Assembly (NCBI GenBank): GCA_001643675.2
Contig: LSRY02000061.1
Span: 1-64,000 of the forward strand
DNA: 64,000 nt
Reading direction: 5' to 3'
Source of the DNA: Monocercomonoides exilis PA203
Lineage: Eukaryota; Protista; Preaxostyla
In this document: piece by piece, positions 48,052 through 58,193 of the stretch
How the letters are laid out: each line of letters starts with the position of its first letter
How positions within the stretch are numbered: position 1 is the first letter of the stretch
Translations under genes and position numbers: made by a program
The notes under the pieces: generated by a model
Database searches by the model: none
Told to the model about the DNA's origin: nothing
What the model saw: only the letters and a program-made list of their open reading frames with translations

Positions 48052-49658
48052 AGTCTCTCTTTTGTGCCTAATTCATTTCATTTGAAAGTGTATTCCATCA
48101 TTTAGCATGAGTTATGCTTCCATTTTCTTGATTGTCGTTGATTTTTCGTGTATTACTTGTCGCTTTCACTCATTTTCTGTTCATTTTCATCTCAGAATCT
48201 CAGCTGTTCTCAACGATAGAACTCCGCATATATCCTTGCTTTTCAATTTGATGATTGCAAGAAAAATCTTGTAATGAGAAAAAAAATTGATTGATTTACA
48301 AAACGCATATTTTTCCGATTACTTTTTGGCGTTCGGATGTGAGCATTCACATGCATTCATCTAAATTTTTGGTGATATGGAGAAAGCTGTCAGAGAATGA
48401 AATGCTTTGACAAAGATAAATGAATGCGTTTTCCAAATAAGCAGCACAATCCTTTCAATTATCTCCTGCCTTTCCCATCAAAACAGCAAGTTTTTGACAA
48501 ATCCCTTTCAGGTGCCTCTCCGTTTTTCATATGGTTCTTGTCATAAACCCTGTAAATGCACCAGGAAATCAAAGTTAACGCTTGCTCTGCAAATCATGAG
48601 TTTTGCTCACGTCTAAATCTGCTCTTTTCCCGTCCAATAAAAATTACAGCAGCAGCTTATATTTATGTATGCAGCATCATTTGCAATCTGTATTTGTTTT
48701 GATCCTCTGATTCTCCAACGCTCACATGGAAAAGTGAGCCAACACGGAAGAATCGTATCTTCTCCAACTTCATGGAATCCTTGTTCATTTCGTTCAAAAT
48801 CCATTTTTCCAAGCAAAGTAAATGAAGAAAATTTAACGTTGTGCATGATGGCATGATCCTGCTTCCAAGCTTTAAAAAAATTGTCCAATATTCAGATGAT
48901 TTTTTTCTTCACTTTTTTTCTCCACAATAATCGCCTTAACGATGTTTCTAACCAAATAATAATCTTATAATTTCAGGTCTAATCCGTGGTAACAGTATAT
49001 TGGATAATATTTGTCTGAACGTGTGCGTAAAAAGCAGTGCAAGTATATAATAATGCACATAACTGAAGTTTTTTCAACGAAGAAAAATCTTTCCAGAACA
49101 ATGGTAATTATTTTTGTTACATGTCCTCTGCTTCCAAGGAAGTCGTTTATAAAATCTCACTCAATGAAGTATGGGAATTTCATAATACTGAATCAATTCA
49201 TAACTAAAAGTGAAATAAAAGTTGAGTTTTCATTTTTATTTGATTTTAATTTAAATGAAGAAGAAGAAATTTGAAAAACACGCAGACATATAGAAATTGT
49301 GAAACAAATATAGAAAAAAATTCGATCCTTAAACAATGGAACCAAAAAGATAAAAATAATAATCAACAAAAAATTATTAATCCTTCGTTTTCATGAAAAA
49401 TATTCCAAAATGTTTGATTGTTCAAAATTCAAAATCAATTCGAAACAAATAAATAATATTTTGTTTGACAATGAGTTAACTTTAAATTCCGTCGTTACGG
49501 CAGTTCTTAAATAAATCGTATATGTTGAAAACATGTTCTTTTTCAATATATGATCAAAAATTTTGTAAATATAAATTTTTTTTTTTGTTTTGAAAAAGAG
49601 AGATTTGATTACTAAAAACCATAAATTTTCTTTTAAAATTTGAAAGTTTTTATTTTTC

Positions 49659-52600
49659 ATGTCTGAAGTCTATCCTTTATGTATTTTTTTGAAAAATGGT
49701 GTTCCTATCGACTCATTTCATTGCATGCCACATATTGAGAAAAGTTCTGAAAACATAAAAGATGAGACAAATGATATAGGACCGATAACATTATCTCCAT
49801 TTTTATTACACATGCCTTTTTCTACCTGCTCTTCTGATTCATTCATTTCACTAATTTTTATGAATTCATCAAAATCAAGCCGCTGCTTTATTAAAGTTGA
49901 AATGGAAGGAGCAAAGATTAATGATTCTGAACAATTAAAAAATATTTCAGCAATACTCAACGATTCTCCATTTGCTATATTTTGTAAACGGAGGGAACAT
50001 CGAAGTCAATATCCTACTTTATTGTCCACGAACGAATTAGAAGAACAACAATCAATAATGGATTTAGGCAGCAATATTTCTAATTGCGTTGTGAAAAATG
50101 CTTTGCTAAAGGTGAAAAAACATCAAGGCGATTGTATTTTAGAAGGGCTACCAAGCATGTCTTTTTCTTTTGAAGACGAAAATGACAATTTGAAAGGCGA
50201 TCATGAAGAAGATCTTCAATTTGAAAATGAAAATTGTTCACATGAAGGCTTTCCAGCAAATTACACTTTCAAAGGAAGCGGCAATCCCTTTTCTATACGT
50301 GTTCCTTCATATTGCGCATCTTTTATATTTGGCAAAAAGGATACAGACTTCACAAAATCCTGTTCATTGGATGCTTCAAAACACATATTTCTTTTGCCTC
50401 CTTCTTCATGCATGCAATTAGATATTTTATTTCATCCAAGCGCATTTTCACAAATGCCTGTTTCTCATTTTCCGATGCTCTTGACATCATTAATTAGCGT
50501 GAATCTTTTATCGTGCTCTTCGAAAGAAATTGACAATTTCAAGAAAAATATTTCATATGATGATTTTAAAAAGGATGAAGGAGTAATTTATCAACTTATA
50601 CCATTAACTGGAATTGTTGGAAGCGACAATATAAGTGCCCCATCTTGTGTTTCACAACTTTTGGATTTTAGTGTGATCCCTTCTTCAATTCTCCAAAGCA
50701 CACCATTTACTCCTCTTTCAAACTCTTGCAAAACAAATGAACGTTCTCCTTCAAAGTCATTTCTCAAACAGTCACAAGATCCATCGTCAACTCCATTTTC
50801 AGCAGAGTCCATTGGCATTCACGACTTTTTAGGGGCAAACGAAACACAGACGTCGCTTCAAGCAACAAATAACACATTTTTTGAGCCTTCTATATCATTT
50901 TCATCTCCAGAACATGCAAATAATCCAACAACTGAACAACAGATGGCAAATAAAGCTGCACAACTGTCTGATCAGTGTATTCCTTTTCGCAATTCTGAAA
51001 CGATAACAACTTCACAGCATTCAAATAAAAAAGATACAATTCCTTCGAATACTCAAGCGTCAAGCAAATATGTTGCAATTCAACAGCTGATACCTGTGAT
51101 GAACAATTCTGAGTACAAACTATCTGCATCTATCGAATGCACATCATCCGTTACAGCTATTACGCCTATTTCTTCATCATTGATTCCTGATGACAGGACT
51201 GATAAAAATGATGAAGACCCCAACTCACGTCTGATGTCTCAAGGCAGTAATAATTTATTCAATGAAACAATAGACAAGGGCACATCGCAAAAAGAAAACT
51301 GTATTTCTGAATATTGTCAAACAATTCCATTGTTCAATCACGAATCAGAAATACAAATAATCCCATCTTACATTCAACAAATCTTTTATCCATCTTTATT
51401 CAAACAACATTTCAAATCGAGCACATTATCTCGTTTATCGAGTTCTTTTGGCTCATCCACAAATTTTTCTTCCATTTCAACTTCATTTTCAACAACTTCT
51501 CAGCCAACACCATTCCATCGAGAACTTGGAGCAAGCAACACATCATTTCGGCAAATGTCCCCATTTCATAGAAACAACACTTTTCAGACAAGCTTATCAA
51601 CCGTTGTTCCAAGTTCTCTTTCTCTAGAGCCTGCTGATTCTGCATCTATCACGATGACGCTCTCTTCTCCTTCTTCTTCGTTGTTTCTCTCTGCCTTGCA
51701 TTCACACATGTGCATAACAACAGCCATGCGTGCAATTTTTCCCGAGCTTCCCTTGGAAATAATACCTCTCAATTTGAGCGAGTGCAGTGCTGTATGTCAT
51801 GTAGAAGGACATATAAACATTAATGCAGTCAACACTGCAAAAGTTGCTTCACCTATCATGGATTCTGATGGAGCGAATCAACAAACAGACAAGCAGAAAA
51901 ATAATGAAAGAAGAGAACAACACAAAGATAATTTTAATGAAAGGATTATCTGCAAATTCCGTTTTTCGGCGGCGTTTGATCCGAGTCAGCTGGCTGATGT
52001 GGAACAACAAGAAGATTTATCGATTCAGATTGAAGGAGAAGAGCCAAATTTATTGGAAAATACAACAAATGAAGCAGGAACGGAGATTTCGAGCAGCAAG
52101 GGTTCCCATGATAACGAAGATATTTTGCCTTTTGAACAACATTTTGGAAAAGAAGGATCTGAAAAAAGAAGAAAAGATAAAACTTTTGTTTCTCCTGATG
52201 CAGAAAACTTTCAGATTAAACAAAAGCAAGTTGATGAAAAAGAATATGATACATCACACTCGTTAGACACGCCAATACATCAGCACTTTGAATCTGATGA
52301 AAAAATCCATAATCATTTAGCGCAGACAGAAAAAGAAAATTATTCAAAAGATGATTCTCCACAGAAAGAATTGTTAAGTGAATTCGATGATGTTAAAGAA
52401 GAATCAGAAAGTCATGAAAGCAAAAATGAAAATTCATCAGAAGAAGAAAAACAAGAAGAGAAAGATTATATCGATTCAGAACAAGACCACTCAAAGAAGA
52501 ATAAAAAAACAAATAGAGAAACTCCAACGCTTTCAGATCTGCACTCAATGCTAACTGATTTACTAAGACTTACACTTTCAAAACCAGATAGAAAAATTGA

Positions 52601-55600
52601 AGCAAAATGCGAAACTGACGATTTAGATGAAAAAGAAAAAGGTAAATCCAATGAAAAACGGGAAAAATCAGTTACAGACCACGTTGCTGGAAAACAAAAT
52701 GAAAAAGATTCCAAGCAAATTGAAGAAGATGACAATGAACTTTTATTACATCAGCATACAGCATCATCTTCGCGCGCATCAGCATCCTCTCCATTACCAT
52801 CAATTGTACCACCATCTTCGTTACCATCATTCCATTTACAGACACCATTCATTTCAAATACAATTTCGGTTTCTTCTTCAAAAAATTCAGAGAATTCTTA
52901 TAAATTCCCAAGAACAGTAAGTCCTTCACAAAATGGCGGGATATCCACCGAAATGTCATTTCCAGTAAATGAATTTCCAAGTATGTTTTCAGTCAACCCT
53001 CACCTTGATGCAGGAAAAGTGAGTGACAGTGAACCGTTATTTCATATTCCATCACCATCTCCTCCTATTTCATGTAACTTTTCAAACTCGTTGCCCCCTC
53101 CACCTCCACCTCCTCACAAGCTTATAACTGTTGGATCTTCTCAATCGCTTCATTCAACTTCCACTGCGTTTGCGGCAACTCTCCCCACTTCATTTGAAAC
53201 ATATCCTTCAGATGCAACATCTTCAACTGTTCCAGCTTTGCATCAATATAGTCTCCATCACAATCCATCAACTGGACAGAGTATTTTACCTTTGCCTCGC
53301 CATTCTCAATCTCCTCCTCGCCATCAACCTTCAACAACAATTTTTCAGACTCCCTCTTTCATCAGCTCGAATAGCGAAACTAAAACAAACACATTCACTT
53401 CCACAATGCCATCTCTTCCATCCATTTCTTTGCCCCCTTCACCTACGCAGTCATTTATAACTTCTGGCGTGTCTTTTCCTTTCCTTCCTTCTTCGTCTTC
53501 AACGTTATCTTCATCTTCCCCTTCTTCCGCAATGCGAATGCCATCGTATTCAAATAATCTTTCTACTTCTGGAAAGTCTCGCAACCCTCTTTCCCCAGCA
53601 AGACAACCTCCAGTGGCACGCTCTTCTTTGGCTTCTGCCAGAAATAAATTGTTTTCGAATCAAAAAGAAAGAGATTATCAAAACAAATCCAAAAAGAGTG
53701 AAATGATAAGTACTACAATTCCTATTGAAGATGCAAATGAAGACCATAAAGGAACTTCTATTGAGTTTGGCAAACCTGAAAGAAAAGATAAAATCTCTCG
53801 GACAGATGCAGAAGGAAGCGATTGCGGACGAAATAATGTAACTTTTAGCGTTTCTTCACAAACTTCTCCAATTAGAGATTCTGAAAGATTAACAAATCCA
53901 AAAATACACATGGATTCTTATCATCAAGATGCATTTGCTCGTGAAAATCAAAATGAGGAAATTGGAAAGCATTTGCAATCAGGATCATCTTCTTGTTCCC
54001 CTAATACTGTTTCTTTTATGAAAAAGTGTGATTCAAATTTGCCAAAGCCGAATTCATCGTCTGACAAAGATAACACCCGACAAGATTTTGTTGAAGAGAA
54101 AATTTTAAAGGAGGTTATGAAGATGAAAAAAGCATTAGATGCAATTGAAAAAAGAAGCAAGAATAAAAAGACTGAAAGACACGACTCTTTTGCTTCAGAG
54201 AGAAAGATATCACCAGACAGGAAATATGAAAAGAAAGAGATGGAAAGAATGAGAGACAAACTTATCAAACTGATAGAGGAATTCAAAAGATCAACAGACT
54301 CTTTCGCTGAGACTCAAAGAAACAAATCAACATCTTTTTCACCGCCTCCTCGATCAACTGTTCTTGAATACGATTCTCCTTCTTCTTATCGACAATCAAG
54401 CTTTCATTCTAACTCTGAAGCTCGAACAAAAGATAATCGACGACGTGTGTTTTCTGATTCGGCCAAAAGGAAATTTGCACACAAAAAGCACGAATCTGCA
54501 CCACATCAAATGGAAAGCTATATTGATCAGATTTTTTCAACAAAAGATTTTGAAAGAAAGCATTTGAAACACAAAGAACTTCCTCGTCATCGAAGTCACC
54601 ATTCTCACCGCAATCATCAACATTTGAGCAAATCAATAGCAAAAACATCATCTGCTTCATCAATTGAGCCAAAGGTCACAGTTCAAAAGTCTCACATTCA
54701 AACGCAAACTGATGATTTGAGTCCACAAAATTATCGGCCCATTTCTCAATCAATTTCTTTACCTCAGAATTCTTTGCTACAAATGTCTGGCACAGTGAAT
54801 CAGAATGCTACCCCAACTTCAACTAATTCTCAAATCTTTCCAAATGCAACTGTCTCGATTGCCACAACGCCATTGGTTCCAACAACAACTCCAACACAAA
54901 TAACAACCAATCCAATAACACCTCAAGATATACCGCCGATTGTTATAACACTTCCTCGCTCTCATTCTCATCGTCATTACCACCACCACAGGCATCACCG
55001 CCGCCACAGCCCAAGCTCGATTTCTTCAATCAATAAAACTCGTTCACGCTCGCAAAGACGAGGAACTTCGACGAAACAACTTGATTCAAAATCAAAAAGT
55101 CCTTCAATTGAAAGCAAACGGATGGAGAGCTTCAACAAGGGACAAGGCATGCTTGATGAACACTCAAACATTTCAAAAACATCCCATTCATCGTTATCTC
55201 ACAGCAAAAGATCTTCATGCAATCCCCACATTCATCATTCTCCTGGAAAACAAAGCGTAAAAGTTGTCCTCGATCCAGAAAAAATACACTCACTGGCCAA
55301 CCAAACTGCATTTCTCAAATCTTCTTCTTCTTCTTTGCCTCATTCAAATACTGCAAAACCACACGGAAAGATTGCTGATTCGTCAAATGATATGCACCAA
55401 ACTTCTCATTCCCACTCTCATTCTCAAGTTCATTCAAATACACAACCAGAGTCAAATTCTCCGCGCTCCATTTTGGGACGTTTACTCAATACACATTCAA
55501 AGAAGAAAAATACCTCTTCATGTGAATCATTTACCCCATCGTATGCTAAAAATGAGTCAGTCTCTTTTCGTTCATCTCCGCTGCTTAACAGAAGTTCGTC

Positions 55601-57275
55601 TCCAGTTTTGTTGCATTCAATACGTTCCCCTTCAGCAGGATCATCTCCAACTTCATCAAAAGGCCAGCGATCAGAGCTTCTTTATTCACCTCCTCGTCAG
55701 CAGCCAATGCCAATTGCATCACATCCTGCAACGGATTCCCAGTTTAGTTCTCCAATCTCTGATGGGAAAACAGAACCTGACGCAGTTGCGCGTGAAGCCA
55801 CTGAAAAAACAAGAAGGTCGTCTCATTCACCTTCTTCTTCGAGGCCTTCGTCCTCGTTTTCTGATCCAGCAAGAAACAAACAAATGGATTCTCCTTCATC
55901 TCCTCATCAAAGCTCGAAAAGCCACAAGTCCCACAAATTGCCTCGAACGGTGATTCCGTCTCGCCGTCCAACGAGCGCATCATCGTTTTCTTTTTCTTTA
56001 TGCTCTCCACTTTCCTCATCCACATTTACCCAAACTTGTGAGGAGCCTTCACTACAGTTTTCTTCGACTCCGCTAAAAGATAATTATTTGGGCACCTCAA
56101 AAAAGCAACAATTGTTGAACTTATCAAAAAAGCACATAATATTTGAAGTTACTCCAGCAAAGTCAACATTGGAAAAATCTTTGTGGTTCGAAAATCAAAC
56201 AAAAGAACCATTATTTTGGAGAATCACAGCAAACGGAGATGCCGTTTCGATAAATGAAGGTGAAAAAGCTCAACAAAGGAATGATGAAGTGGCGCAATCC
56301 TCTTCTTTATATTCGAATGAAACGTCAAAAGTGAATATTCAAAAAGTTTGTGATGAGCAACCTCGTCAAACTGAAATAAAACCAGTTTTTGACATCAAAA
56401 CAGCTGAATCGGGATGGATTGCTCCGTTTGCCCAAGAGCAAATATTATTTTTATTTAATCCAACGAAAATGCAAAATAAAGGGAGTTGGAAGCAGAGTTT
56501 CATCATGAATGTTTTCAAAAGCGCAACGAAACAAATACAACAGCATGAAGAGACATTTGACAAAAGAGAATCAAATGAAAGGCATAAAATCAAAGTGTTT
56601 GGATTTTATTCACAAAACGAGAAAAAAAGAAGAATGGATGAAAGCCAATTTAGCATTAAACAAAAAACGTCCAACACATCTCTTCCTTTTTCACCGCAAC
56701 AAACATCACAACAATCAAATAGCAATCAGATGGCTTATGGAAGCAAACAAAAACCATCATCTGCTTTGGGACATGAATTCGCTTACGCAAGCGAATCAAA
56801 AAAGCCTCAACTTTTCTCATCCGAATTACATCTTACGCAAACTCCTCCTCCACAACAGCCATTAACTCAACCTCCTCTACCGTTGTTGACTTATTCTGGA
56901 AGCAAGGAATCAGAGAACACTGCTTTTGGGTTGCATTCTATTGATAAGAGTCGCAATCAACAGTATCCAGAAGCGGGTCATTCAATCAGTTTTTCTTTCA
57001 AATCATCGCCTTTAGATCAAAAGCATTCATCACTAGGAACAACTTCACATGAACATAGTCGGCTTCTTTCCAGCGAACGAGCGATTATTCGAAATCGAGA
57101 AAAAAATAGCTTTTCAAGTGAAAATACTCCAACTTCAACTTCAAGCAATTGTCTAACAAAACATCCAACAATAAACAGTTTAATTTCGCCTCATCGCTCC
57201 GAACCTCCACGCCGTTCGATTTCTCCTTGCTCTTCATACTTAAAAGAAAAAGAAAATCTTCTATTCAGCGAATAA
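49659..57275 (+). CDS. Large Ser-rich protein (2538 aa) with probable ASH/PapD-like Ig domains (CEP192/SPD-2/Hydin-like centriolar protein)
   Basis: Long intact ORF from ATG to TAA. ASH-like patterns: LLPPSSCMQLDILFHPS..IPLTGIVG; IPVMNNSEYKL..LSLEPADSASITMTL; IIFEVTPAKSTLEKSLWFENQTKEPLFWRI..ESGWIAPFAQEQILFLFNP..GSWKQSF. The family call is tentative and a 5' exon cannot be excluded. Confidence 0.6.
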   Translation: MSEVYPLCIFLKNGVPIDSFHCMPHIEKSSENIKDETNDIGPITLSPFLLHMPFSTCSSDSFISLIFMNSSKSSRCFIKVEMEGAKINDSEQLKNISAILNDSPFAIFCKRREHRSQYPTLLSTNELEEQQSIMDLGSNISNCVVKNALLKVKKHQGDCILEGLPSMSFSFEDENDNLKGDHEEDLQFENENCSHEGFPANYTFKGSGNPFSIRVPSYCASFIFGKKDTDFTKSCSLDASKHIFLLPPSSCMQLDILFHPSAFSQMPVSHFPMLLTSLISVNLLSCSSKEIDNFKKNISYDDFKKDEGVIYQLIPLTGIVGSDNISAPSCVSQLLDFSVIPSSILQSTPFTPLSNSCKTNERSPSKSFLKQSQDPSSTPFSAESIGIHDFLGANETQTSLQATNNTFFEPSISFSSPEHANNPTTEQQMANKAAQLSDQCIPFRNSETITTSQHSNKKDTIPSNTQASSKYVAIQQLIPVMNNSEYKLSASIECTSSVTAITPISSSLIPDDRTDKNDEDPNSRLMSQGSNNLFNETIDKGTSQKENCISEYCQTIPLFNHESEIQIIPSYIQQIFYPSLFKQHFKSSTLSRLSSSFGSSTNFSSISTSFSTTSQPTPFHRELGASNTSFRQMSPFHRNNTFQTSLSTVVPSSLSLEPADSASITMTLSSPSSSLFLSALHSHMCITTAMRAIFPELPLEIIPLNLSECSAVCHVEGHININAVNTAKVASPIMDSDGANQQTDKQKNNERREQHKDNFNERIICKFRFSAAFDPSQLADVEQQEDLSIQIEGEEPNLLENTTNEAGTEISSSKGSHDNEDILPFEQHFGKEGSEKRRKDKTFVSPDAENFQIKQKQVDEKEYDTSHSLDTPIHQHFESDEKIHNHLAQTEKENYSKDDSPQKELLSEFDDVKEESESHESKNENSSEEEKQEEKDYIDSEQDHSKKNKKTNRETPTLSDLHSMLTDLLRLTLSKPDRKIEAKCETDDLDEKEKGKSNEKREKSVTDHVAGKQNEKDSKQIEEDDNELLLHQHTASSSRASASSPLPSIVPPSSLPSFHLQTPFISNTISVSSSKNSENSYKFPRTVSPSQNGGISTEMSFPVNEFPSMFSVNPHLDAGKVSDSEPLFHIPSPSPPISCNFSNSLPPPPPPPHKLITVGSSQSLHSTSTAFAATLPTSFETYPSDATSSTVPALHQYSLHHNPSTGQSILPLPRHSQSPPRHQPSTTIFQTPSFISSNSETKTNTFTSTMPSLPSISLPPSPTQSFITSGVSFPFLPSSSSTLSSSSPSSAMRMPSYSNNLSTSGKSRNPLSPARQPPVARSSLASARNKLFSNQKERDYQNKSKKSEMISTTIPIEDANEDHKGTSIEFGKPERKDKISRTDAEGSDCGRNNVTFSVSSQTSPIRDSERLTNPKIHMDSYHQDAFARENQNEEIGKHLQSGSSSCSPNTVSFMKKCDSNLPKPNSSSDKDNTRQDFVEEKILKEVMKMKKALDAIEKRSKNKKTERHDSFASERKISPDRKYEKKEMERMRDKLIKLIEEFKRSTDSFAETQRNKSTSFSPPPRSTVLEYDSPSSYRQSSFHSNSEARTKDNRRRVFSDSAKRKFAHKKHESAPHQMESYIDQIFSTKDFERKHLKHKELPRHRSHHSHRNHQHLSKSIAKTSSASSIEPKVTVQKSHIQTQTDDLSPQNYRPISQSISLPQNSLLQMSGTVNQNATPTSTNSQIFPNATVSIATTPLVPTTTPTQITTNPITPQDIPPIVITLPRSHSHRHYHHHRHHRRHSPSSISSINKTRSRSQRRGTSTKQLDSKSKSPSIESKRMESFNKGQGMLDEHSNISKTSHSSLSHSKRSSCNPHIHHSPGKQSVKVVLDPEKIHSLANQTAFLKSSSSSLPHSNTAKPHGKIADSSNDMHQTSHSHSHSQVHSNTQPESNSPRSILGRLLNTHSKKKNTSSCESFTPSYAKNESVSFRSSPLLNRSSSPVLLHSIRSPSAGSSPTSSKGQRSELLYSPPRQQPMPIASHPATDSQFSSPISDGKTEPDAVAREATEKTRRSSHSPSSSRPSSSFSDPARNKQMDSPSSPHQSSKSHKSHKLPRTVIPSRRPTSASSFSFSLCSPLSSSTFTQTCEEPSLQFSSTPLKDNYLGTSKKQQLLNLSKKHIIFEVTPAKSTLEKSLWFENQTKEPLFWRITANGDAVSINEGEKAQQRNDEVAQSSSLYSNETSKVNIQKVCDEQPRQTEIKPVFDIKTAESGWIAPFAQEQILFLFNPTKMQNKGSWKQSFIMNVFKSATKQIQQHEETFDKRESNERHKIKVFGFYSQNEKKRRMDESQFSIKQKTSNTSLPFSPQQTSQQSNSNQMAYGSKQKPSSALGHEFAYASESKKPQLFSSELHLTQTPPPQQPLTQPPLPLLTYSGSKESENTAFGLHSIDKSRNQQYPEAGHSISFSFKSSPLDQKHSSLGTTSHEHSRLLSSERAIIRNREKNSFSSENTPTSTSSNCLTKHPTINSLISPHRSEPPRRSISPCSSYLKEKENLLFSE

Positions 57276-57663
57276 GTCTTCTTTAAATGAATTTTGAGGT
57301 TATTTTTTCAAATTTCATTTAAAAACGAAAATAAACGCTTTTTAATTACAATGCTAAAAAGAAGAAAAGAAGAAGCAATCAGAAGATATTTATTCACAAG
57401 TTCTTTTACTTGTTCTTTTACCAAACCGTTCTTAAGTGGTTCACTCCCATTTTTTTATTTATGAGGAATCAATGGATTCTAAAGTGAAAACTGTTATGAA
57501 AATTTATAATTAAGTGTGAAATTTTTTTTTAAAAAAATGTTTTTATTTTCTATTTCAATCTTTTATTTAAATGTGATGCTTTTGATTTTCTTCAAATGAT
57601 CAAATTTTTTTTCGCACCTTAATCAATTTCACAAAAAAGTTTTTGATTTGAGTTACAAAAAGA

Positions 57664-57763
57664 GAGTCATTGAAGGAATCGAACCCTCGACCTGGAAACA
57701 AAACATCTGTTTTGTTGGATGTGAACCAACTTTCACCCAATCATACCACTAGACTAAATGGCT
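57664..57763 (-). tRNA. Atypical 100-nt tRNA-like gene (best anticodon hairpin CAC/Val) with 8-nt and 20-nt insertions flanking the anticodon arm
   Basis: Minus strand: AGCCATT TA GTCTAGTGGTATGAT T [GGGTGAAA] GTTGG-TTCACAT-CCAAC [AAAACAGATGTTTTGTTTCC] AGGTC GAGGG-TTCGATT-CCTTC AATGACT C, then TCTTTTT. Intact A box, B box, T arm and Pol III terminator. C3-A70 mismatch in the acceptor stem. Confidence 0.75.
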
Positions 57764-58193
57764 CTCAAAAAACAAAATTTTTTAAATTTGAAAGCTTAAA
57801 TAAAGATCACATTTAAAAGTCAATTTAACAGAATAATCTTGAAAAATTGTTATAAAAAAAAAAGAACGTTTGCTAAGAAAAAACAATAAAAGTTTTTTTT
57901 TCAGAATTAAGATCTCATTCGAAATGAAAGTGAAAGCAAAATTGCTTTTTTGAAAATGTTTGTTGAAGGATAATATTCCGGTTTTAATTGAAGATAACCT
58001 AAAAAATGATAAAAACACCTCTTCCAAATGTCATTTGCTGTGAACATAAATAGAAATGCATCATATGAATGAAATATGTTTTGTTGGCAAAACTTAAAGT
58101 GAAAGTTTGATCCATAATTAATTAATTAACAGAATTTTTGCCTGATTCTTTTTTGCTTCTTCGGATACATCTCAGCGACGACATAAAAGATAT

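Noticed and set aside
57664-57763. tRNA-Sec or tRNA-His reading (TTCA in the loop, long extra arm; G-1/C73 and a GTG triplet)
   Set aside because: The hairpin centres CAC rather than TCA, the fold is 7/5 with a short D stem unlike Sec, and the GTG is not in an anticodon loop.
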